Source of the DNA: Ktedonobacterales bacterium | GTDB taxonomy: Bacteria; Chloroflexota; Ktedonobacteria; Ktedonobacterales; JADMIN01 | Reading direction: 5' to 3' | DNA length: 32,000 nucleotides | NCBI GenBank assembly: GCA_030167145.1 | Contig: CP126532.1 | Span: 2,250,001-2,282,000, forward strand | Part shown: piece after piece, positions 24,819-32,000 of the stretch | Numbering within the stretch: position 1 is the first letter of the stretch | How the letters are laid out: each line of letters begins with the position of its first letter | Translations under genes and position numbers: made by a program | Notes under the pieces: model-generated | Told to the model about the DNA's origin: nothing | The model's database searches: none | Seen by the model: the letters and a program-made list of their open reading frames with translations, nothing else

Positions 24819-25511
24819 TCACTCATTGGCGTCGAATCCAAGTTGACGCGCTGCTGACTCTTCCCATGCGCGGGCTAGCGCCTTCAGTTCTACAGGCAGC
24901 CCCGCTAACATGAACAGCACGGCGTCCGCCTCGCGCGCCAGCCGCGCATTGGCGCGCCCCAGCAGATCACGGTAGACGCGACCGAGCGGATATGGCGGCA
25001 CCAACCCCATGCCCACCTCATTCGAGACGAGGATCAGCGAAGCTGGTAGTTGGCGGTAGGCCGCGAGCAGGTCTGCGATAGCCCGCTGAACCCGCGTGTC
25101 GGCCACGGCCGCATCGAATCGCTCTTCATCCATCTCGTGACCCGCGCTATCCAGCAACAGATTCGAGACGAGGAGTGTCACACAATCGAGCAGCACGACG
25201 CCTGCCGAAGCGGCGCGCGCATCGTCTAGCAGCGCGTGCGCGGGATCGAGCGGCGCTTCGAGCGTGATCCAGTCCGCTGGGCGCTCAGCGCGGTGGCGTG
25301 TGATGCGCTGACGCATCTCGTCGTCGTCCGCCGTCGCCGTGGCAACATATGCGACCATTCTGCCCTGCGCCATCTGCCCCGCCAGCCGCTCCGCATAGGC
25401 GCTTTTGCCGCTGCGCGCGCCACCGAGAATGAGCACCAGCCGCTTCGGACGCATGCCATGCGCCCCTACTAGTCCACCCATCCCCTCGCGCGCATCGTCT
25501 GGTTCGCTCAT
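24819..25511 (-). CDS. cobU: Bifunctional adenosylcobinamide kinase / adenosylcobinamide-phosphate guanylyltransferase
   Basis: 230 aa with GAGGAGGG 5 nt upstream of the ATG at 25511. P-loop LILGGARSGKSAYAERLA, YVATATADDDEMRQRITRHRAERPADWITLE, VSNEVGMGLVP. Confidence 0.85.
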   Translation of the reverse strand: MSEPDDAREGMGGLVGAHGMRPKRLVLILGGARSGKSAYAERLAGQMAQGRMVAYVATATADDDEMRQRITRHRAERPADWITLEAPLDPAHALLDDARAASAGVVLLDCVTLLVSNLLLDSAGHEMDEERFDAAVADTRVQRAIADLLAAYRQLPASLILVSNEVGMGLVPPYPLGRVYRDLLGRANARLAREADAVLFMLAGLPVELKALARAWEESAARQLGFDANE

Positions 25512-25566
25512 CGTGCCCTCCTCTCTGTGCCGCTGCCCATATAGCGTATACTACCGCCAGAATGGG

Positions 25567-26130
25567 ATGCGCAGACGAATGGGGAGGAGTGCGATAGCGG
25601 TGACGGTGGAGGAGATCGAGGCGTATGTCGCACCGAACTACGCGGCGAAGGACGAGATGCACAATCTGGCGCACATCCGGCGCGTGTATGCCCTGGCGGA
25701 AGAGATTGGCGGTCATCATCCACATGACACGGAGCTGCTGATGCTGGGCGCGTATTTGCACGGTATCATCTATGATGAAGGGCGAGAAGACGACATACGG
25801 CGCTTCCTTCAGAATGCACACCTCACGCCCGAACGCATCGAGCAGGCTATCCAAATTGCGTGGGAATCTCAGAAAGAGGGCGTGCCCGATATGATAGAAG
25901 GGCGATTGCTGCATGACGCACACCTGCTCGAAGGCGGCAAAACGTTCATCATCGTCAAATCGTTGGTGACGGGAACGGCGCGCGGGCAAACGCTGGCGGC
26001 GACGATTCGCTATATCGAAGAGCGTGTGCTGGGTCAGTTCGCGTGCTCGCTGCCAGAGGCGCAACGGCTATATGCGGAAAAAGAGCGCTGTGCAAGAGAG
26101 TTCCTCGCCGACCTGAAGCGCCATCTTTAG
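25567..26130 (+). CDS. HD-domain-like putative phosphohydrolase
   Basis: ORF 25405..26130. The upstream part lies antisense to cobU, so the start is moved to ATG 25567 (alternatives: ATG 25579 or GTG 25600 after GGGGAGGAG). His/Asp pattern HNLAHIRRV...YLHGIIYD...LLHDAHLLE suggests an HD-type metal site. It ends 9 nt before cobS. Confidence 0.5.
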   Translation: MRRRMGRSAIAVTVEEIEAYVAPNYAAKDEMHNLAHIRRVYALAEEIGGHHPHDTELLMLGAYLHGIIYDEGREDDIRRFLQNAHLTPERIEQAIQIAWESQKEGVPDMIEGRLLHDAHLLEGGKTFIIVKSLVTGTARGQTLAATIRYIEERVLGQFACSLPEAQRLYAEKERCAREFLADLKRHL

Positions 26131-26139
26131 GTAGCTACC

Positions 26140-27018
26140 ATGAATCACAACGGTCCCAATCACACGCCAGCGCACGACAAGCTCCACCCGCAAAGGCGCG
26201 GCGGCCCCTTCGACGGGCTGGCGCTTGCGCTGCAATTCCTGATGATCTTGCCGGTGCGCTCCAAGCGGGCGAATACTACGCTGGATGGGCCGCCGGAGAT
26301 GGCTGCCGCGCTGCCGTGGTTTCCGGTGGTCGGCGCGCTGCTGGGGGGACTGCTGGCGCTGACCGATTGGGCGCTCACGCCGCTCTTTGCCGCGAATGTG
26401 CGCAATGTGGCGCTGCTGGCGCTGGCGGCGCTGCTGACAGGCATGCTGCATCTCGACGGCTTCATTGATTGCTGTGATGGGCTGCTTGGCACACGCACCA
26501 TCGAACGTCGGCTGGAGATTCTGCGCGACAGCCGCGTGGGCGCATACGGCGTGATCGGCGGCGTGCTGCTGGTGCTGGCCCAGTTCGCCGCGCTGGGCGC
26601 GCTGCCCGCAAGCATGCGCCTCTTCGCGTTGGTCGCCGCGCTGCTGCTGGGCCGCTGGGCGATGGTCTACGCGGTGGTGGCGTATCCCTATGCGCGTGCG
26701 ACTGGCGCGGGGGCGGGCTTCCATGCGGGCGGGCGGCATCTGGCGCTGGCGACGCTGGCGACGCTGGCGACGCTGGCGCTGCTGGCGAGCGCATCGCTCT
26801 TGCTCCCTGGCGGATGGTGGACTCCCTCGCACTTCGCGCTGGCGGGCGCGGTCGCGCTGGTTGCGCTGGTTGTCGCGCTGGGGTGGGCGCGCTGGGCCAG
26901 CCACCGGCTCGGAGGCGGTCTGACCGGCGACACCTACGGCGCGCTGAACGAACTGGTGACGCTGGCTGTGCTGGCGCTCCTGCCACCGCTGGCGCACCTG
27001 CTCGTGCGCCTCGCCTGA
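26140..27018 (+). CDS. cobS: Adenosylcobinamide-GDP ribazoletransferase (cobalamin synthase)
   Basis: 292 aa polytopic ORF. N-terminal LALALQFLMILPV, central LHLDGFIDCCDGL and C-terminal GGLTGDTYGALNEL match the CobS/CobV signature segments. Confidence 0.85.
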   Translation: MNHNGPNHTPAHDKLHPQRRGGPFDGLALALQFLMILPVRSKRANTTLDGPPEMAAALPWFPVVGALLGGLLALTDWALTPLFAANVRNVALLALAALLTGMLHLDGFIDCCDGLLGTRTIERRLEILRDSRVGAYGVIGGVLLVLAQFAALGALPASMRLFALVAALLLGRWAMVYAVVAYPYARATGAGAGFHAGGRHLALATLATLATLALLASASLLLPGGWWTPSHFALAGAVALVALVVALGWARWASHRLGGGLTGDTYGALNELVTLAVLALLPPLAHLLVRLA

Positions 27019-27053
27019 GGCAGAAGGAATTCCAATCAAAAACTACGGACCCC

Positions 27054-27081
27054 TTGACATCTTCTAGCTGGTCCGTATAAT
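27054..27081 (+). promoter_or_regulatory. Near-consensus sigma70-type promoter directed into the heptamer array
   Basis: TTGACA (27054-27059), 16 nt spacer, TATAAT (27076-27081). Both hexamers match the consensus perfectly. It lies in the cobS to 27487 intergenic region, about 50 nt before the array. Confidence 0.55.
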
Positions 27082-27129
27082 AGTGGGCGAGAGGCGACTC
27101 CTTCCACTCATTCTGCGCAGTGAGGGAGC

Positions 27130-27458
27130 GCTATCCGCTATCCGCTATCCGCTATCCGCTATCCGCTATCCGCTATCCGCTATCCGCTATCCGCTATCCG
27201 CTATCCGCTATCCGCTATCCGCTATCCGCTATCCGCTATCCGCTATCCGCTATCCGCTATCCGCTATCCGCTATCCGCTATCCGCTATCCGCTATCCGCT
27301 ATCCGCTATCCGCTATCCGCTATCCGCTATCCGCTATCCGCTATCCGCTATCCGCTATCCGCTATCCGCTATCCGCTATCCGCTATCCGCTATCCGCTAT
27401 CCGCTATCCGCTATCCGCTATCCGCTATCCGCTATCCGCTATCCGCTATCCGCTATCC
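27130..27458. repeat. Perfect tandem heptanucleotide array (GCTATCC)x47
   Basis: Read directly. Units start at 27130+7k for k=0..46, giving 329 nt with no mismatch. All three plus frames read AIRYPLS repeats; the minus frames hit TAG. Confidence 0.98.
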
Positions 27459-27486
27459 TGTCATGAGCAGGTAGCACATTCACAGC

Positions 27487-28440
27487 ATGGAGGGTACAGT
27501 GCAAGTTTCCAACCGCATTCTACTCAGGCTTTCGCTTGCGTTGTTTGTTGTGTCAAGTGCTGTGATCTTTGGCGTAGTTAGCCAGGGATTCACTTCTGCA
27601 CCTCATGCTTTTGCTTGTTGTAGCGGCTCCTTTTATGGTGGTGATACCACGAAAGTAGATAATGCGACCCAATCCATTTTTCCGCAATTGCAGGGTGCGT
27701 ATTGCGGCATCACGGATGCTATGGCGGTTACAAACTATGCTGACGAGGACAAAGGCGTAAGTATGGTCTTTACGTCGCAAAATCAGCAGAAGACCGTCGC
27801 GAGCGATAACAAGAATGTCGGTGCGGCAAGTCAATGGGGAGGGGAAGGCAATGCTTATGCGGGAGTGACCAATATATCCGGGGATTTTGGAACAGATCCG
27901 CGATCAGAAGCATATATGTCATACCACTATACTCCAATCGGCTACTATTACCACAACTTTATCTATCGCTGGCAATTTGTACACAGTTCCGCCCCGTCTC
28001 ACAGTCAGCAAGTGCTTGAGGCGACTAGTCTCATGGGACATCAGTTGGTCAACTGGCACGAACCGCTCATTGTGGCCGTTAACGAGGGCTTGCACTTCCT
28101 GTTGGTCACTGGCGTGTACTCAACCAATGATCCTTTCACTTTCTTTCCAGCCGGTATAACGGGACTCACATATCGTGATCCTCAGGATGCCACTCATCAC
28201 ACTGTATCCATCAGTGACTGGACAAATGGTATTTCAGGGGGCTATGACCTGTGGAAATACACCTATGGGAACCCGAATGACCCAGACCCAAACATAGGGC
28301 CTTATACTCCTGGTCCTGGGCAAGAGCATTGGTCAGGCGGGTTCGACTGGATTTCGCGAGATGCGAATACCACGGGCAACCAGTGGAGTCCTGATTGGGC
28401 CTTCAATGCCTACAACAACGCACAGTTGACCACGCCGTAA
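27487..28440 (+). CDS. Signal-anchored/secreted protein with a C39-like (papain-fold) cysteine-peptidase-type motif arrangement
   Basis: 317 aa with markedly lower GC than the flanking genes. N-terminal hydrophobic helix LLRLSLALFVVSSAVIFGVV. Candidate catalytic arrangement: Q(L)QGAYCGITDAMAVTNY ... PLIVAVNEGLHFLLVTGVYS ... GLTYRDPQD, i.e. the Q..C / H / D order seen in the Peptidase_C39-like family. An alternative start is GTG 27499, just after GGAGGG. Confidence 0.55.
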   Translation: MEGTVQVSNRILLRLSLALFVVSSAVIFGVVSQGFTSAPHAFACCSGSFYGGDTTKVDNATQSIFPQLQGAYCGITDAMAVTNYADEDKGVSMVFTSQNQQKTVASDNKNVGAASQWGGEGNAYAGVTNISGDFGTDPRSEAYMSYHYTPIGYYYHNFIYRWQFVHSSAPSHSQQVLEATSLMGHQLVNWHEPLIVAVNEGLHFLLVTGVYSTNDPFTFFPAGITGLTYRDPQDATHHTVSISDWTNGISGGYDLWKYTYGNPNDPDPNIGPYTPGPGQEHWSGGFDWISRDANTTGNQWSPDWAFNAYNNAQLTTP

Positions 28441-28554
28441 CCCGCAAAAGGCCGTGTCGCACGCTAAAAGTGAAGCATATGGTGTAGCGCCCGGAACTCA
28501 TGAATGATCGCCAGAGCCGGATTCGCACACCGAAAAGAAAGGATCCGTGTCAGC

Positions 28555-29412
28555 ATGAGCCATCTATCTCGAACACATCAGAAAAAACCATCGCGTGCTA
28601 GGAAAGGTGGGGCAGCAGCGCCGCCAAAGGCTTCAACCGCAGTAGTGTCGCTCGCCGTGTTCGTGGCGGCGGTCATCTTTACCTTTGGCGCAATAGGGTT
28701 TGCAGGGAGAAATATGTCCACCGTTGCCGCATCCGGCGGCGGAACACCAGTGAGTAGCCCTGGTCATCCTTTCGACCCCGCTAATGCCCAGCATACATGT
28801 GGATTTCCTGGGCTTCCGGCCTGTCCAGCCAATGACATCCAATGGATTCCACTCAAGTCGTCCTCAGCAGGTGATATCATTGCTGCCGCAAAGCAGAGCG
28901 ATTTGTTTACTATCAACGCTTCTGGCCAGGGCGATACCATGAGCCTTGCCAAACTGGGTAATCCAGAGTTGGTCTTGTCAGTACGATCGCCCAGCATTGC
29001 TAATCCAGTAGACTACTACCTGATCCCAGTACTGGATAGCGCGAATGAGACAGCAGGCGTTGCTATGCTTGCGCTTAATCCAGCGCATACAGCCATCCAC
29101 GTGGCTGATATCGTGCAATATTCGACCCCACGCCCGGCTGGGACCATTTCGCTTGTGGGCAAACAATCGGCATTGAACGCGGTTTCGACACAGCGCCATA
29201 TCGCATTGCGAGCAAACACCAGTCCATATCTGATTTATTTTCCTGCAAATTGGGCAGCGGAGGAAACAGGTAAGGTGATATGGGTCGCGGGAGGCGCCAT
29301 GCCATATGATCCGCTGTGGTGTATACCAGGGGCGAATGGTCAAGACTATGTCGTCGGGACTGACCATGCGGTCTACACGATAAGCCAGCTTCCGGTAGCG
29401 TCTAACGCATAG
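28555..29412 (+). CDS. Membrane-anchored extracytoplasmic protein of unknown function
   Basis: ORF 28504..29412 trimmed to the ATG at 28555 (MSHLSRTHQKK...). Basic N-terminus, then a TM helix AVVSLAVFVAAVIFTFGAIGFAG, then a roughly 230 aa extracytoplasmic part made of two similar-looking modules. Low GC. Confidence 0.55.
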   Translation: MSHLSRTHQKKPSRARKGGAAAPPKASTAVVSLAVFVAAVIFTFGAIGFAGRNMSTVAASGGGTPVSSPGHPFDPANAQHTCGFPGLPACPANDIQWIPLKSSSAGDIIAAAKQSDLFTINASGQGDTMSLAKLGNPELVLSVRSPSIANPVDYYLIPVLDSANETAGVAMLALNPAHTAIHVADIVQYSTPRPAGTISLVGKQSALNAVSTQRHIALRANTSPYLIYFPANWAAEETGKVIWVAGGAMPYDPLWCIPGANGQDYVVGTDHAVYTISQLPVASNA

Positions 29413-29582
29413 TTTTTGTATCCGCACGTGCTGCACGTTGGGTATAGATTGTAGGTTGGTGCAGGCATCCTTCGTCCAAATATGCTCTTGAAGGGTGCTT
29501 CTCTTCTTCCTTTCGCTGGCGTAGTTGGGGGCAAGTGTCTCAAGCCCCCTATGCGCGCTGAACACAGAAGATAGGGTGTGGC

Positions 29583-30818
29583 ATGCTCCAGATTTCCAAG
29601 CCAGTAGGTCTGCTCGTCTGTGTGCTTGCGCTCCTGCTGGGCGGCTGCGCGCTCTTTGGCAGCGGCACATCATCTACTTCATCAAAATCCGCCACCGCGA
29701 CGCCACAGCAGCCGGGCCTCACGCCTGGACCACAAAGCACCGCGCAACCGCCAGACGGCTGGTATCGCGTCGCCAATGGCGAACGGTTTGTGGATGACAT
29801 CAATACGCGTGGTCTTACAGTGAGTCCCGCCGATCGGGGACGCCTGGTTGGGTGCATGTTGCCCGCTGGCTATCGCACGGCGGGGCATCCATTTTTTGCC
29901 CTGAGCACGGATGGTGGGCGTACCTGGCAAGCACGTCCGCTTCCTGGCACCTTGCAAGTCGTGGTTTGCCAGGTTGTGGCTGATACGCAACAAGCCGATA
30001 CATTTGTGGTGCATTTGGAAACGCTTGGCTCGCAAACGCTCGCTACTGCGCCAACATATCTCACTACTGATGCCGGCCTGACGTGGCAACTTCTCACGCC
30101 ATCGGACTCAGATGTGCGCAGCATCAGGCCCTGGCCCACAGGATTGGTTGCTGGGCATCTGTTTGCCACGCTCTGCTGCGATCCGCTTACTCCCACTGGG
30201 CAAGATACGGTCGAGCGATTCCCCAATGGGAGCTGGCAGATAGTGAATACCCAGCCACACGATGCGCACCTGCCCTCTCTGCAATCCGCCAACTCGTTCG
30301 CAGTAGACCCGGACGATCCGCAGCGGCTGTATATCGCCGCGAACTATGGAGATGCAAATACTGGCGGGATGGGGATCTTTGCCTCCACTGATGGAGGTGC
30401 GACGTGGAAAGCCATCTATCACATCACCAATTTGAACCTGGCAGTGATCTGGACAGAGCCAGATGGGCGCATCTACGTGCAACAGACCGTGGGCACTGAA
30501 ACACCAACGCAGTACCAGCTCTATTACGGCGCGAATCATGGCGCTAGCTGGACGCCAATCGCGCTGCATGATCGTAGCTCCGGCGGCGAGCAGGTCATCA
30601 CAAGCGCGGCGAATCGCGTCGTCACGGTCACGGCAGGACACGTATTCAGTCTCGACCCATCAACAGGTGTTTACAGCTTGCTGGGCACTGCCCCCGAATT
30701 TGGCGGCGATATTCATGTCGCGGGCTTCTTTCAATGCACCATTGCAGAGGGGACGACGCCGACGCTGGTGTGTGGCAGCCAGTCGGACATCTACGCCCGT
30801 CCACTTCCAGCAGCCTAG
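29583..30818 (+). CDS. Lipoprotein with BNR/Asp-box repeats (beta-propeller, sialidase/Ycf48-like fold)
   Basis: 411 aa. Signal peptide with lipobox LLLGGC. Asp-box repeats STDGGRTW, TTDAGLTW and STDGGATW, plus a degenerate GANHGASW. Confidence 0.75.
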   Translation: MLQISKPVGLLVCVLALLLGGCALFGSGTSSTSSKSATATPQQPGLTPGPQSTAQPPDGWYRVANGERFVDDINTRGLTVSPADRGRLVGCMLPAGYRTAGHPFFALSTDGGRTWQARPLPGTLQVVVCQVVADTQQADTFVVHLETLGSQTLATAPTYLTTDAGLTWQLLTPSDSDVRSIRPWPTGLVAGHLFATLCCDPLTPTGQDTVERFPNGSWQIVNTQPHDAHLPSLQSANSFAVDPDDPQRLYIAANYGDANTGGMGIFASTDGGATWKAIYHITNLNLAVIWTEPDGRIYVQQTVGTETPTQYQLYYGANHGASWTPIALHDRSSGGEQVITSAANRVVTVTAGHVFSLDPSTGVYSLLGTAPEFGGDIHVAGFFQCTIAEGTTPTLVCGSQSDIYARPLPAA

Positions 30819-30913
30819 CCGGCATTGCACGGCGCCTCACCTCCCCGGACTATAATTGCTGGCAGATTGAACAAATCGTTGACCAGCAAGAGCGCATGAC
30901 CGAGGAGGCTGCG

Positions 30914-32000
30914 ATGATGGCAGATGTGCAGAGCTACGACGCGATTATAATCGGCGCGGGGCAGGCGGGCATGCCCCTCTCCATGGCGCTCGCCAGAGCA
31001 GGCCGCCGCACCGCGATCATCGAGTCCACCCATGTCGGCGGCACCTGCATCAACGAAGGCTGCACGCCCACCAAGACGATGATTGCCAGCGGACGCGTCG
31101 CGTACCTCGCCCGGCGCGGCGCGGACTACGGGGTGCATACCGGCGCGCTGAGTGTGGATATGGTGAAGGTGCGTCAGCGCAAGCGCGACATCGTCAACAG
31201 CTTCTGCGATGGTGACCAGCGCCGCATCGAAGATACCCCCGGTGTAGATCTGATCTTCGGGGAGGCTAGCTTCATCGCCCCCAAGACGCTGGCAGTGCAG
31301 GGCAACGATGGCACGCTGCGCCACCTCAGCGCGCCAACCATCCTCATCAACGCTGGCGCACGCCCCAGCACACCCAACCTCCCCGGACTCGACACTGTAT
31401 CCGCGCTGAATTCGACCAGCATCATGGAGCTAGATACTGTGCCAGAGCATCTGCTGGTGCTTGGCGGCGGCTATGTCGGTCTGGAGTTCGGTCAGCTTTT
31501 CCGACGGCTCGGCAGCCGTGTCACGATCATCCAGCGTAGAACCCACCTGCTCGCCCGCGAAGATGACGACGTAGCTGAGGCGGTCGCGGACATTCTGCGC
31601 CAGGACGGCATCGAAATCCTGCTCAATAGCAGCGCCACGCGCGTCGCACAGGATGCCTCCGGCGCGGTCGCGCTTCGCGTCATGTCGCCCGCTGGCGAGC
31701 GCACACTGACTGGCTCGCATCTGCTGGTCGCGGTTGGCCGCATGCCCAATAGCGACCGGCTGAATCTCCCCGCGGCGGGCATCATGACCGATAGCCACGG
31801 CTTCATCCATGCTAATGACAAGCTCGAAACCAGTGTACCAGGCATCTACGCCCTGGGTGACGTGAAAGGTGGCCCAGCTTTCACGCATATCTCCTACGAC
31901 GACTTTCGCATCATCCGCACGAACCTGATCGAAGGCGGCAACACCAGCATTGCCGGGCGGCTGGTGCCCTACACCGTCTTCATTGATCCACAGCTTGGCC
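30914..32000 (+). CDS. FAD-dependent pyridine nucleotide-disulfide oxidoreductase (class I, mercuric-reductase/RclA-like), 3'-truncated by the window
   Basis: My own translation from ATG 30914 (GAGGAGG 5 nt upstream) gives MMADVQSYDAIIIGAGQAGMPLSMALARAGRRTAIIE..HVGGTCINEGCTPTK (FAD GxGxxG plus the redox-active CxxxxC). A second NAD(P)H fold LLVLGGGYVGLEFGQ follows, then GIYALGDV. The frame is open to 32000. Confidence 0.85.
   Translation, partial: MMADVQSYDAIIIGAGQAGMPLSMALARAGRRTAIIESTHVGGTCINEGCTPTKTMIASGRVAYLARRGADYGVHTGALSVDMVKVRQRKRDIVNSFCDGDQRRIEDTPGVDLIFGEASFIAPKTLAVQGNDGTLRHLSAPTILINAGARPSTPNLPGLDTVSALNSTSIMELDTVPEHLLVLGGGYVGLEFGQLFRRLGSRVTIIQRRTHLLAREDDDVAEAVADILRQDGIEILLNSSATRVAQDASGAVALRVMSPAGERTLTGSHLLVAVGRMPNSDRLNLPAAGIMTDSHGFIHANDKLETSVPGIYALGDVKGGPAFTHISYDDFRIIRTNLIEGGNTSIAGRLVPYTVFIDPQLG

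Noticed and set aside
26741-26790. 9-bp tandem repeat CTGGCGACG x3 inside cobS
   Set aside because: It is in frame and encodes LATLATLAT within a hydrophobic helix of a high-GC membrane protein. This is ordinary Leu/Ala codon repetition, not a separate element.
26068-27039. 323-aa minus-strand ORF and other overlapping ORFs antisense to cobS
   Set aside because: The Gln/Arg-rich, low-complexity translation (RQRRQRRQRRQR) is produced by the complement of Leu/Ala codon runs in a membrane protein. cobS motifs are clear on the plus strand.
27083-27581. ORF-track entries 27083..27466 and 27120..27581, which encode (AIRYPLS)n heptapeptide-repeat proteins
   Set aside because: They are a by-product of a 7-nt repeat: 7 is coprime to 3, so every plus frame is open and gives the same peptide. 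Both begin with GTG and have no Shine-Dalgarno. One starts 2 nt after the -10 box, upstream of any likely transcription start. Perfect nucleotide identity points to DNA-level repeat dynamics, not protein-level selection.
1-32000. Searched by eye for tRNA/rRNA genes, CRISPR arrays, transposases, integrases and phage genes
   Set aside because: I found no T-loop-like GGTTCGAATCC-type motifs in intergenic regions. There are no spaced direct repeats of 25-40 bp. No ORF carries DDE or tyrosine/serine-recombinase motifs. Proper tools (tRNAscan-SE, CRISPR finders, ISfinder) would be needed for certainty.

Overview
This is a high-GC bacterial chromosomal segment. Most genes have G/C-rich third codon positions. 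The gene content and the HTH/NB-ARC/TPR regulator style suggest a Chloroflexota- or Actinomycetota-like organism, but that is inference only. I call about 35 genes.

Left to right they are: comM/yifB; a 5 kb block (SAM methyltransferase, SnoaL-like, ABM-like, HTH-STAND-TPR regulator) that ends at a decayed second comM fragment; a DinB/TPR protein; a dimethylformamidase-like exported protein; TerC; the methylmalonyl-CoA mutase B12-binding subunit plus MeaB; and a CPA2 antiporter. Next comes a tight five-gene operon with an adjacent HPP gene: NarI-like membrane protein, Nap/Nas-type molybdopterin oxidoreductase, 4-cluster ferredoxin, Tat-anchored Rieske protein, a small membrane protein, then the HPP (nitrite-transporter family) gene. 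After that: a low-GC RelE/ParE-type TA pair, a DMT transporter, a DUF488 gene coupled to a HicB-like gene, and the cobalamin nucleotide-loop genes cobT, cobU and cobS with an HD-like gene between cobU and cobS. Then a perfect 47-copy GCTATCC heptamer array sits behind a near-consensus promoter and leads a low-GC operon of three extracytoplasmic proteins (C39-like peptidase, membrane-anchored unknown, BNR lipoprotein). The window ends in a partial FAD disulfide oxidoreductase.

I found no rRNA, tRNA, CRISPR array, transposase or integrase. The most unusual signals are the heptamer array and its operon, the atypical Mo-enzyme/Rieske/NarI-like/HPP cluster, and the comM remnant. All family calls rest on motifs read by eye; no database search was possible.
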